Positions 31,486 to 40,680 of a stretch of DNA of 64,000 bases are shown here, piece by piece. The notes under the pieces were generated by a model that saw only the letters and a list, made by a program, of their open reading frames with translations, did not search any database and was not told where the DNA came from. The stretch is taken from NCBI GenBank assembly GCA_963669175.1, contig OY769902.1:1952001-2016000 (forward strand). The letters are read 5' to 3'. This DNA comes from a bacterium (GTDB taxonomy: Bacteria > Electryoneota > Electryoneia > Electryoneales > Electryoneaceae). How positions within the stretch are numbered: position 1 is the stretch's first letter; every line of letters begins with the position of its first letter. Position numbers and translations under genes: made by a program.

Positions 31486-31653
31486 GGTTTACACACCCGC
31501 GCTATTCAAGTGCCACCTCTTCGAGGTGATTTGGCAACTTATACCATTAATACCATATTGTTTAACCATCGGATTACCCATTCGAAACAGCAAAGAACTA
31601 AAAAAGCCCCGCAAAGCAGGGCTGGAAATTCTGAAATCAATACTCGGATTGTA

Positions 31654-32223
31654 CTACTCGTTTTTCTCCGTCTCGTCTGAATCCTCGCCAGGAACTGCTT
31701 TTGGTGCAAAACGGCTGACGTCGTCGGTCGGAACATCGTTTTCTACAACCGCTTCTTCAACCGGTTCATCGTCACGGTACAGTTTCTGATCTACCGGAGG
31801 GATTGTGTAATAATCGTCTTCTACAGGCTTCTCAGGTTCGTCTTTGCCATTGCGAACGCCGATGAAACGTGATGCCAGCAGTCCGCCGCCCGATAGCAAC
31901 AGGGCCAGCCCGATTACGATAACTCCCGTTTCACCATCCACAAGGCCGCCAATGCATATGGCCAGACCAATACCGAGCAGAACCAGCGGCCAGGCAAACG
32001 GATAATAAGGTTTAGGTTTGCGTACAGGAACAATCGGCATGGGAAGGGGACGTCCCAGTTCCAGCGCTTTCATCCGTTCGTCATGTTCCCAGGCCTTTTT
32101 CTTTGCGTTGTAGTTGATTACCAGCAGCACAATTGCAACGGCTGTGATCGCTGGCAGCGCAAAAAACAAAAGTGTGAAAACCATTCCGAGTGTGCCGAGC
32201 CAACCGCCAAGGAAACCTTCCAT
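31654..32223 (-). CDS. membrane protein (DUF6249-like), ECF-associated
   Basis: TM - HDERMKALELG - two TMs - acidic tail; GGAGGAG RBS; divergent from the ECF sigma gene. Confidence 0.7.
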   Translation of the reverse strand: MEGFLGGWLGTLGMVFTLLFFALPAITAVAIVLLVINYNAKKKAWEHDERMKALELGRPLPMPIVPVRKPKPYYPFAWPLVLLGIGLAICIGGLVDGETGVIVIGLALLLSGGGLLASRFIGVRNGKDEPEKPVEDDYYTIPPVDQKLYRDDEPVEEAVVENDVPTDDVSRFAPKAVPGEDSDETEKNE

Positions 32224-32287
32224 GATACTCTCCTCCAACATGGCTGTGAACCATATTGTCTAACTTGTTGTCTGTTTTCACTTATAG

Positions 32288-32314
32288 GACGGGCGCATTT
32301 TATCCAAGGTTACA
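32288..32314 (-). promoter_or_regulatory. ECF sigma promoter TGTAACC-N16-CGTC
   Basis: Minus strand TGTAACC-ttggataaaatgcgcc-CGTC; same boxes and spacing as 32594-32620. Confidence 0.75.
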
Positions 32315-32593
32315 AACAGAGTTTCCAGTGGCTCTTCCAGGAAAGGAGTGGTAAACCATGCTTGAAGATAGAGGGAAATGGCACTGACAAGGATCAATCT
32401 GAAACGGTTGGCGATTGCACCGCCGCTTCTTTTCCAATATCATTATATAGTAGATAGAAGGACACGTCGTTTTCCTGTTCAGGTGGATCGTATCGAACAA
32501 CGCCTTCCACCGGACAGAAATCCATAACACCGCACTGAATGTAATTGAACATGTATATGAGGAAGGGTGGAACTCTGGAGTGGCACGTTGTAC

Positions 32594-32620
32594 TGTAACC
32601 TGTATCGGGTTGTCTCCGTC
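32594..32620 (+). promoter_or_regulatory. ECF sigma autoregulatory promoter TGTAACC-N16-CGTC
   Basis: TGTAACC-tgtatcgggttgtctc-CGTC directly upstream of the sigma gene. Confidence 0.75.
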
Positions 32621-32669
32621 TCAGGTAGGGAGACAACAATGAACGCTTGTACGTACGAGGGAGTGAAAA

Positions 32670-33239
32670 CTGAACGAGCAGGCTTGGATCCGGAAAGCTC
32701 GCGGTGGCGACGCTGCGGCGTTTCGGCGACTGGTGGAAGCACATGCGCCAGTCATATGGACCGTTATAAACAGAATGGTCCAGGACCAGGTGCTGGCTCA
32801 AGACTGTTTCCAGGAGACAGTCATCAAATTCTGGAAGGGATTACCGTCGTTCCAGGGACAGAGCAAACTATCAACCTGGCTGTATCGTATCGCTTATCAT
32901 GTTTGCCTGGATCAACTTCAGGCCAATAAAAAGCAGACAGAAACAGAATCCATTGGCGAAGATGAAAATGAGAACACGGTGAACCTGGCCGATCCAATGA
33001 CAACAGGTGAGCGAATTGAAGATGAAATATCACGGAAGGACGCCATTGAGAAAGGGTTGAGCAAATTACCCCCGGAATGGCGTGCCATGATAATCCTTCA
33101 TTACTGGAAAGGAAGGAGCGTCGAGGAGATTTCGGCGATAACGGACAGGCCGGTGAATACGGTCAAGGTTTACCTGCACCGGGCAAGAAAACAGCTTCGT
33201 GACGTGTTGCGTGCAGGCGGGTATCCAGGCAGGAGTTGA
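32670..33239 (+). CDS. ECF-type RNA polymerase sigma-70 factor
   Basis: GDAAAFRRLV, AQDCFQE, FQGQSKLSTWLYRIAYH, TVKVYLHRAR. Homology extends upstream of GTG 32733 to CTG 32670; true start unresolved (see findings). Confidence 0.9.
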   Translation: MNEQAWIRKARGGDAAAFRRLVEAHAPVIWTVINRMVQDQVLAQDCFQETVIKFWKGLPSFQGQSKLSTWLYRIAYHVCLDQLQANKKQTETESIGEDENENTVNLADPMTTGERIEDEISRKDAIEKGLSKLPPEWRAMIILHYWKGRSVEEISAITDRPVNTVKVYLHRARKQLRDVLRAGGYPGRS

Positions 33240-33240
33240 T

Positions 33241-33717
33241 GTGAACGAACGCAGAGATGATCTACTGGCTTTAGTGCCGGCTTACAGGCGAGGGGAACTT
33301 TCACCCGCACTCGCCCATGAGGTGGCGCTTGCCCTGAAAGATCCTGCGTTTGCCGAAGAAGCCGAGCGTGAAACGGCGTTGCAGGATGTTCTGACCGGGA
33401 TGTCAGAGGATTTAATGCCACGTGGTCTGCTTCAGGCCGCGGTACATCGCGCCGTCGGTGCGGATGCTCCCAAACCCTGGTTCAGTGTGGATACCATCCT
33501 GCTCGCGCTTGGTGTCGGTATCATTTGCGCTGCTATTGCTCAGCTGGTCGCTTCTCGCGTAGATCTTCCGGCAGTAAGCGAATTATTGGCGTCTTTAGTG
33601 ACAATGGGCAGTTTTGCCAGCACAGGTATGTTGATAATTGGAGGCATGCTCTGGCTTGGGATGATGGGATTGCTTGTCATTGGAGCAATCCTTGTCTATC
33701 GTGCGCTACGATCCTGA
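33241..33717 (+). CDS. putative membrane anti-sigma factor
   Basis: Starts 1 nt after the sigma stop. ASD-like LVPAYRRGELSP...EVALAL without the ZAS HxxxCxxC motif, followed by TM helices. Confidence 0.65.
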   Translation: MNERRDDLLALVPAYRRGELSPALAHEVALALKDPAFAEEAERETALQDVLTGMSEDLMPRGLLQAAVHRAVGADAPKPWFSVDTILLALGVGIICAAIAQLVASRVDLPAVSELLASLVTMGSFASTGMLIIGGMLWLGMMGLLVIGAILVYRALRS

Positions 33718-33842
33718 TATGCAAATCTTGCACGAGCATTGCAAAGTGTGCGTATAATTTTCGGGGTTTTTCCTGAAGGAAATGAGAAGTCTCTCCCTGT
33801 ACTATTGACCTAGTATTAAGGTAGTGTTACATTTGGTGCCAC

Positions 33843-33875
33843 AGGCGTCCCCGCAGAGCGGGGGCGCCTTTTTTT
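33843..33875 (+). terminator. intrinsic terminator
   Basis: AGGCGTCCCCGC-AGA-GCGGGGGCGCCT plus T-tract. Confidence 0.8.
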
Positions 33876-33890
33876 GGTATATGCTTTGCT
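33875..33890 (+). promoter_or_regulatory. candidate sigma54 (-24/-12) promoter for the pil operon
   Basis: TGGTATATGCTTTGCT has GG-N10-GC spacing; tandem TGCAAA-N3-TGC palindromes at 33720-33752 could be enhancer sites. Confidence 0.45.
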
Positions 33891-34198
33891 TGTTAAGAAT
33901 CGGGGTGTTATTGCTTGTAAGCGCTCTCATCATATAAAAAAACCGTAAAAAGAAAAATCATGCTGCACCTCTAATGCCATTTGGAAAAAGAAGGTCGTGA
34001 GCCTATATTCACGGATTCAACGGGTTCTGTGACTTCGCGCACATTTTTGAAGTGTAATCGCCGGTGAGAAAAGTGAGCGCTGGCGATAAGATAGTGTTTT
34101 TTGAAGGGTTTGCAGTTTCCGGTTTGTTACGGGGCTGCTAGTAAATGTTGGAGGAACCACAGCAGGTTCCACATCAACTGTTTTTCAGGAGGTGTACG

Positions 34199-34615
34199 AT
34201 GCACATGGAGTTGAATCGGAGCCGGAAGGGCTTCACCCTGATCGAAATTCTGGTCGTGGTGGTCATTATCGCCATCTTGGCGGCGATTTCGGTACCGATC
34301 TACATTGAGTACGTACGTGGCGCACGTGCCGCTGATGCTCAATCCCAGATTGGTGCTATTTACAACGCAGCCAAAATGTTCCAGATGGAAACCGATCGGT
34401 CCCCGACGGACGTCGAAGAGATGGAAGAGCTCGGCTACCTGACCATTGACGAATCAGTACGTCGTCAGTGGCAGTTCACGCTGAACTGGCCGGAAACCAT
34501 CGAAGCCATCTCAACAGATGAGATGCCTGGTGGCGCTGGCAAGACCATCACCTACGACATCGTCGAAGGTTCGTTCATTGGCTACGGCCTGCCGAACGAA
34601 GGTGAAGGCGACTGA
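34199..34615 (+). CDS. pilA: type IV major pilin
   Basis: SRKG|FTLIEILVVVVIIAILAAISVP; AGGAGG RBS; strong downstream hairpin at 34640-34676. Confidence 0.88.
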   Translation: MHMELNRSRKGFTLIEILVVVVIIAILAAISVPIYIEYVRGARAADAQSQIGAIYNAAKMFQMETDRSPTDVEEMEELGYLTIDESVRRQWQFTLNWPETIEAISTDEMPGGAGKTITYDIVEGSFIGYGLPNEGEGD

Positions 34616-34726
34616 GTTTAGCCTCTGCAGTGTGTAGTGTCATTCGGCCCCGACGGAGAGGGTCGGGGCCGAATGAATCGTTTGACCTTTGAAAAGTAGT
34701 TTCACCTTAGACGTGGCGAGGGCATT

Positions 34727-35785
34727 GTGATCGACATTTTTGATCTGCTTCAGTTTACCGTTGAAAACGGTGCGTCAGACCTTCATTTATCTGCGGGTTC
34801 TATCCCGATGGTTCGTATGCACGGGAAATTGCAGAAGCTGGACATGGAGTCTATGACGGATGCCGACCTGCGCGAAGCGATTTACACCATTTTGACTCAG
34901 GATCAGATTGAACGTCTTGAGGAAATGAAGGAAATCGACTTGAGCCAGAGGTTGGAAGACAAAGCACGATTCCGTGTTAATGTCTTTGAGCAGATGCAGG
35001 GGATTGCTGTAGTTTTCCGTGTAATTCCTTCTGAGATCATGTCCTTTGAAGAGTTGGGGCTTCCGGAAGTGCTTCGGGAGCTTTCATTGCGTGACCGTGG
35101 CCTGATTCTCCTTACAGGTCCGACCGGTTCGGGCAAGAGTACAACCCTTGCCACAATGGTTGATAATGTTAACGAGAACAAAAACCTTCATATCATTACG
35201 ATCGAAGACCCGGTAGAATTCTTCCATGAATCGAAGAACTGCATGGTCAATCAGCGGGAGTTGGGGGCCACCACACACTCCTTTGCCAATGCGCTTCGTT
35301 CCGCACTTCGTGAAGATCCCGATGTGATTCTGGTCGGTGAAATGCGCGACCTGGAAACGATCTCACTGGCGTTGACTGCTGCAGAAACCGGTCACCTGGT
35401 TCTTGCTACCCTGCATACCAGCTCGGCGGCGAAAACCATCGATCGTATCATTGATACCTTCCCCGCATCCCAAAAGACCCAGGTGCGGTCAATGTTGGCT
35501 GAATCCCTGGAAGCTGTCGTGTCGCAGAAGCTGCTCCCGAAGAAGGATGGCTTGGGACGTGCGGTTGCAACCGAAATTATGGTTTGCACCGTTGCTGTTC
35601 GTAACCTGATTCGTGAAGACAAGATTTACCAGCTTACATCGGTAATCCAGTCCAGTAGCAAGGATGGCATGCACACGCTTGACCAGGATCTCCAGCGCTT
35701 GTTGCATCAGGGCCTGATTGACCGGGAAACCGCTGCATACGTAGCGGAAAACTCGAAACTGTTTGATGTGGACCTTTCGTCCTGA
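34727..35785 (+). CDS. pilT: type IV pilus retraction ATPase PilT
   Basis: ASDLHL, GPTGSGKSTT, ALREDPD, GEMRD, TGHLVLATLH, AVRNLIRE. Confidence 0.96.
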   Translation: MIDIFDLLQFTVENGASDLHLSAGSIPMVRMHGKLQKLDMESMTDADLREAIYTILTQDQIERLEEMKEIDLSQRLEDKARFRVNVFEQMQGIAVVFRVIPSEIMSFEELGLPEVLRELSLRDRGLILLTGPTGSGKSTTLATMVDNVNENKNLHIITIEDPVEFFHESKNCMVNQRELGATTHSFANALRSALREDPDVILVGEMRDLETISLALTAAETGHLVLATLHTSSAAKTIDRIIDTFPASQKTQVRSMLAESLEAVVSQKLLPKKDGLGRAVATEIMVCTVAVRNLIREDKIYQLTSVIQSSSKDGMHTLDQDLQRLLHQGLIDRETAAYVAENSKLFDVDLSS

Positions 35786-35814
35786 TCAAACCAAATGTTT
35801 GCGAGGTGAGGCCC

Positions 35815-36345
35815 ATGATAGACCTGCTATCGCGCTTGAAACGATACGGCCCGGCACTTCGTCGTCGACGTGGGGGAATCAACTTTATTGAGTTGATGGT
35901 CGCCATCGTAGTGATTGCAATCGCAAGTTGTGCGTTTGCGCAAGGGTTCTTTACAGCATTTCACGAGTTGGAAAAGCAGCGCCACCGCATGGAAGCGGTG
36001 CAGCTCTTGAAAGCCGAAGCTCAGTTCTGGGTAGGACGCATTCATACGGCATTTCCGAGTGCCTATGAAATGGACCAGTGGCATGAACACCCTAACAATC
36101 CTGTGATTTTAGGGGCTGAAGGGGTGGTTACTCGTCCACGCGCCCGTAGGTTCAGCGGAGCTGGCTTCATTGATGCAGATATTAAACGGTCTCCGATTCG
36201 AGTTGTCAATCTTTTTGACACGGCAATCGAAGAAGACTTCTATGAATTCACAGTTACTATTGATTATGAGGAGACACACGGCACCAGTCCGGAATATGTT
36301 CACATGGAACTGGATGTCCCGATCATTCGTTCGGTCGTAGGTTAA
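35815..36345 (+). CDS. minor pilin (PilV-like)
   Basis: RRRRGG|INFIELMVAIVVIAI class III signal with Glu at +5. Confidence 0.75.
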   Translation: MIDLLSRLKRYGPALRRRRGGINFIELMVAIVVIAIASCAFAQGFFTAFHELEKQRHRMEAVQLLKAEAQFWVGRIHTAFPSAYEMDQWHEHPNNPVILGAEGVVTRPRARRFSGAGFIDADIKRSPIRVVNLFDTAIEEDFYEFTVTIDYEETHGTSPEYVHMELDVPIIRSVVG

Positions 36346-36360
36346 GAAAGGGGGACGCAG

Positions 36361-37116
36361 ATGAGTAGAAAGACATTGAGAAGGGTGTCCTCTGCGATTC
36401 GCCTGAAGCGAGATCGACGGGGTTTGACACTGCTCGAGACCATCCTGGTGCTTGCCATCGGTTCCATGCTTATTTACGGCTTGATGTTACTGGTTGTACA
36501 GACGCAGGAACAGATCTGGATCAGCATGCAGGTTCGCGATGCTTCTGAATGGGGTAACGATTACGTAGATTTCTTCACTCGAATCGTACGTAACTCCGTG
36601 CAAGTCACAATCCGACAGCAAACACCGCCTTCCCAATTAGTTGCCATATATGAAAATCCCTATGAAATTCCACTGCAGACGAAAGAGTACCTGTTTTCCT
36701 ATGACATTCGTCGCAGTGCGCCCACCATTCGAATCAATGGTGTAATGCAAAACGACCTGAGCTATTTTGATCCATACCATCTGACACAGCGTGATTCACG
36801 CGACAGGGTCCAGGTTGTCCGTACGGGCTTTGACCAGGGATTCATCATTTACCATCCTGAGAGCGACCGTTCAGACACACCGGCAAAATTCAAGGATACA
36901 GTTGCGCTCGCGGAAGATTCTGACGCGAACACAGAGGTTTATGTCACGATTGATTTTTGGGTACGGTATACACGTTACCCCGGTTCACGCGGGACTGAGC
37001 GTGGTACGTATACGAAAGATATGCACTTTACAGGATCGGCCTACGTTTTAAATCCGAATTGGCCGATGGATAACAGTGGATATTTTTCAACTGTTGAAGA
37101 AGAAGATTTACCGTAG
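36361..37116 (+). CDS. minor pilin (PilW-like)
   Basis: DRRG|LTLLETILVLAI class III signal. Confidence 0.75.
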   Translation: MSRKTLRRVSSAIRLKRDRRGLTLLETILVLAIGSMLIYGLMLLVVQTQEQIWISMQVRDASEWGNDYVDFFTRIVRNSVQVTIRQQTPPSQLVAIYENPYEIPLQTKEYLFSYDIRRSAPTIRINGVMQNDLSYFDPYHLTQRDSRDRVQVVRTGFDQGFIIYHPESDRSDTPAKFKDTVALAEDSDANTEVYVTIDFWVRYTRYPGSRGTERGTYTKDMHFTGSAYVLNPNWPMDNSGYFSTVEEEDLP

Positions 37117-37214
37117 TAACCGGTTAAGAGAACAACAACTCGCTCCATCCGGCGAGTTCACCCGTCTCTTTCTACCTAGCGCTAGCCACGCTTAACACAG
37201 GAAGGAGACCGAAC

Positions 37215-38741
37215 ATGAGTCGAAACGTGAGGTTGAAACACCGCAAAGGAAGCCTGTTCATCAGCACGATTGCTATCGTATCGTTCCTGATACTGACCAG
37301 CATGGCCTTCATGATGTGGGCTGCTGATGAAAAGCAGCAGGCACAGTTCGACCTCGCCCGTACACAAGCGTACTATGTCGCGCAGTACGGGGTGTTGAAC
37401 GAAGCATTGGCCACAATGCGCAACCGTTCAGCAGAAACCTTGCCGCCTGGTGTGGAACCCCTTTATTCAGGGAGTTATCTCAACCAGGAAAACGAGCTTG
37501 TCGGAGAATACTACGAAGTCTCGTTGAGTCGTGTTTCCGACATGTACTTCCAGGGACTCTTCCAGAGTTCATTCCACTACGATCTGCAAGCGACCGGTAA
37601 AGTTGCCCTGGGTCAAGGGAACCCGCACTGGGATGGCGCGGGATCAGTGGAACGTACTGTAACGATGCGTACACGTCTGAGAACCTACGCCAGTTACATG
37701 TATCTCACCAATGAAGAACAGACCATGTTCGGTGAGATCATCTGGTTCTGGACGCCGGACACATTGTATGGACGAGTTCACTCAAACAGCGGCATCGGGA
37801 TCAAGTATGCACCGCAGTTCCACGGTCCCGTGAGCACAACTGAAGAGGATTTCATTCACGGAGCAGGCTATTCTCCCTGGTTCGCGTATGATCCTCAGTT
37901 TAGTGTGGAAGAAGTCTATTTTCCCACTACGGCAGATAACCTTCGTGGTGGCGCTTCCGCTTCCGGCAACTACATCACGAACCACAATGGGTCCTGGCGT
38001 TCACGTCTTACAGCACAAAACGGGTCGTTTCTCCTGGAACAGTGGGAAAACGGCGCACCGTACGATTCAACGGCTCTTACCAACCATCAAGGCATTTCCT
38101 ATGGTTCCAACATGGGGATCTTTGTCGAAGGTGATTGTGAGTTGATTGGCTGTAACAGTGACAACGGCCAGGGTATAATGAACGGTCAGATGACTATCGG
38201 CAGTTCCGGTCACCTGGAATTGCTGGATAATGTTCTGATTGCGCCATACACTGCGAACAGTCTTCCTGAGACTATTCCGGAAACGGACTACAACATTATT
38301 GGCTTGATCAGTGAGTCCAATGTCCGAATCAGGGATACATGGCGGAATGGTCGCGGCAACGGTTTGGCTCGTACCAATGGCATCCATGATAGCTGTCATA
38401 TCATTATCACGGCTGCTATTGTTGCGTTGGGCGAATCGTTCACATTCGAGCACCAGAACGATACCTGGGAAGCGTATCGCTGGTGTGATCCGCTTGGCGC
38501 GCATCCTAACCAACCCGACGAGCGTGGTTCAATCTTCCTGCGTGGCAGCGTAACGCAGATGCGACGTGGTTACGTACACCGTTCAACTTGCGGTGGCACG
38601 GGCTATGCGAAGGATTATTACTACGATTGGCGTCTGGAGTCTACGCCTCCTCCCTATTACATGGAGGCGACGGATGAGAACGGCAACAGTTTGTTCGATA
38701 TCATAGCCTGGCGTGAAGAAATTCCGGCGTCGGCAAGATAA
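37215..38741 (+). CDS. large PilX/GspK-like minor pilin with extended C-terminal domain (DUF4900-like)
   Basis: HRKG|SLFIS without Glu5; AYYVAQYGV (PilX pattern); GRVHSN and GYAKDYYYDWRL..PPPY motifs. Confidence 0.75.
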   Translation: MSRNVRLKHRKGSLFISTIAIVSFLILTSMAFMMWAADEKQQAQFDLARTQAYYVAQYGVLNEALATMRNRSAETLPPGVEPLYSGSYLNQENELVGEYYEVSLSRVSDMYFQGLFQSSFHYDLQATGKVALGQGNPHWDGAGSVERTVTMRTRLRTYASYMYLTNEEQTMFGEIIWFWTPDTLYGRVHSNSGIGIKYAPQFHGPVSTTEEDFIHGAGYSPWFAYDPQFSVEEVYFPTTADNLRGGASASGNYITNHNGSWRSRLTAQNGSFLLEQWENGAPYDSTALTNHQGISYGSNMGIFVEGDCELIGCNSDNGQGIMNGQMTIGSSGHLELLDNVLIAPYTANSLPETIPETDYNIIGLISESNVRIRDTWRNGRGNGLARTNGIHDSCHIIITAAIVALGESFTFEHQNDTWEAYRWCDPLGAHPNQPDERGSIFLRGSVTQMRRGYVHRSTCGGTGYAKDYYYDWRLESTPPPYYMEATDENGNSLFDIIAWREEIPASAR

Positions 38742-38988
38742 CTAACGATCGGATCAACGTATTGCGGGCGGAATGGCCCGCCCGCGATACGATGTTTGGT
38801 AGTGAAATTGGGTACTTGTACGAGGACACAACAAGTGTATTTCCGCGAGGGAGGAGGGCTCCCTCGGGTTGATCCAGGATTCCGGACCAGAAGTGCGACA
38901 CCCCCGCGACCGCGCTCCTAAGCGCCGTGGGCCGGTTTGCCAGTATTGAAGGTTCGGTTTTTTTACACTCTGGAAGAGGCCATAGCCT

Positions 38989-40047
38989 ATGCTTTTCGGT
39001 TCCAAACTTCGTGTCGGACTGGATATCGGCAGCCATTCAATAAAAATGGTTGCGATCGAGAAGTCCGGGCAGAGATTCAAGGTGGTCGGTCGCGGTATGC
39101 GCGAGATTTGGACCAACACGACGTATGAGTTGGATGGTCCCAAGCGCAGCCAACTGGTGCCCTTGATCCTTGATCTATTCAAGGAGCTGAAGCTGACCCC
39201 GAAGAAACAGAAGAATCTTCGGACGTTGGTCAGCGGCGCCCAGGTGGCAGCGAAAGAGATCGTTGCTATTCCGCTTGAAGAGAAAGAAATGCGTTCTGCG
39301 ATGCTTCTTGAAGCTCGCAAGCACATTCCACTCGATGGTAGTGACACCCAGGTGGACTACCAGATTATGGGCGAGGATGTCAACGAGCCGGACAAGGTCC
39401 GCGTGCTCGTCGTCGCAACCACCAAGAAGCTGTTCGGTAATGTTATCGACGCCTTGCATGAGCTGGAGGTTGCTCCGCTCGTCGTCGATATCGAACCACT
39501 GGCCAACATGAACGCCTATCTGCAATTCAACGAATTGCCCGATGAAGGCGTAAACGTGATGCTGAATGTTGGTGCGCGCAGGACAGGAGTTACGGTTGTC
39601 GGGCGTAAAGATCAGTTCTTTACCCGTGAGATTCCTGTTGGCGGTTGGCATTTCACCGAACAGATCATGAAAGATTTCGGTGTCAAGTACGATGTCGCTG
39701 AAGAAGCAAAGAAACGTGATGGACTGAAGCCTGATTTGCCTCGTCAGCAACAGGAAGGTGGTGGTTTGCGCTTTGCGTCAAAGACTGCCCTGGATCGTTT
39801 TGGCGACGAAATCAACCGGACCTTACGCTACTACGTCAAAGAGACCGGCCAGAGTATGTTCCAGAAGTTTGTTGTCGTTGGTGGTGGCGCTGCCCTTGGT
39901 GAGGTAGAAGAATACCTCCAGAAGAAATTCAATGTGGCGGTCGAGGCTTTCGACCCATTCTCCCGCATGGATGTCTCAACGGGTAACGGTGGTGGTCACC
40001 CCGCGCAGTATTCTGCAGCGGTCGGACTAGCGATCAGGGAGGCATAG
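38989..40047 (+). CDS. pilM: type IV pilus assembly protein PilM
   Basis: VGLDIGSHSIK, EARKHIPL, VGGGA and AAVGLA actin-like motifs. Confidence 0.93.
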   Translation: MLFGSKLRVGLDIGSHSIKMVAIEKSGQRFKVVGRGMREIWTNTTYELDGPKRSQLVPLILDLFKELKLTPKKQKNLRTLVSGAQVAAKEIVAIPLEEKEMRSAMLLEARKHIPLDGSDTQVDYQIMGEDVNEPDKVRVLVVATTKKLFGNVIDALHELEVAPLVVDIEPLANMNAYLQFNELPDEGVNVMLNVGARRTGVTVVGRKDQFFTREIPVGGWHFTEQIMKDFGVKYDVAEEAKKRDGLKPDLPRQQQEGGGLRFASKTALDRFGDEINRTLRYYVKETGQSMFQKFVVVGGGAALGEVEEYLQKKFNVAVEAFDPFSRMDVSTGNGGGHPAQYSAAVGLAIREA

Positions 40048-40050
40048 GCG

Positions 40051-40680
40051 ATGACTCGTCAATTCACCATTAACCTGAACCGCGAAGAGGGTTATGCTCA
40101 ACGCGAGGAACGCAAGACAAGGTTGCGCGCCAGGATTACGAATGTTCTGGCGACGATAGCCCTGCTTGCCATGGCGTTCCTTACGTATGAGAATGACAAG
40201 GATTATCGCGGTATTGTCAACGCAAAGAAGCAGCAACTGGAACGCATCCAGTTCCAGATTGATTCGCTTCAGCAGGTTGGGCGCAACGTCAGCAAAGACG
40301 ATGTGCTGAATCTCGAGCGTCTTGAGAGGGACCGTGTTCTTTGGACACAAAAAGTCTTTGAAATCGCAAACCGTCTCCCTGAAGAGATGGTGATCAGCGG
40401 TATGCACCTGGATCGTAATGAATTGACGATTGAGTGCATCAGCGAAATCGAAGAAGGCGAAAAAGAATTTGACAAAGTCGCCCTGTACATGGATCGATTG
40501 CGTCAGTCCGAGGATTTCTTTGATGATGTTTTGTCAATGAAGTTCAAGGAAAGCCGCCTGAGTACCAAGGAGGTTCAGGAATTGCTGCATTTCTCCCTTA
40601 TTTGCGAGATTCGCGCATCTGAATCTACCAGTCGTCGTGGCGCATCAAGACGTGCATCCGGAGTAGGGGGGATGAGATGA
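40051..40680 (+). CDS. pilN: PilN-like protein
   Basis: N-terminal INLN motif, TM, coiled coil, W..IANRLPEEM; follows pilM. Confidence 0.8.
   Translation: MTRQFTINLNREEGYAQREERKTRLRARITNVLATIALLAMAFLTYENDKDYRGIVNAKKQQLERIQFQIDSLQQVGRNVSKDDVLNLERLERDRVLWTQKVFEIANRLPEEMVISGMHLDRNELTIECISEIEEGEKEFDKVALYMDRLRQSEDFFDDVLSMKFKESRLSTKEVQELLHFSLICEIRASESTSRRGASRRASGVGGMR

Noticed and set aside
34199-34615. Electrically conductive (e-pilin) PilA
   Set aside because: Mature pilin is 127 aa with 12 aromatics (about 9%) including positions 1, 24, 27 and 50, but none at 32 or 57, and no cytochrome genes are nearby; not supportable.
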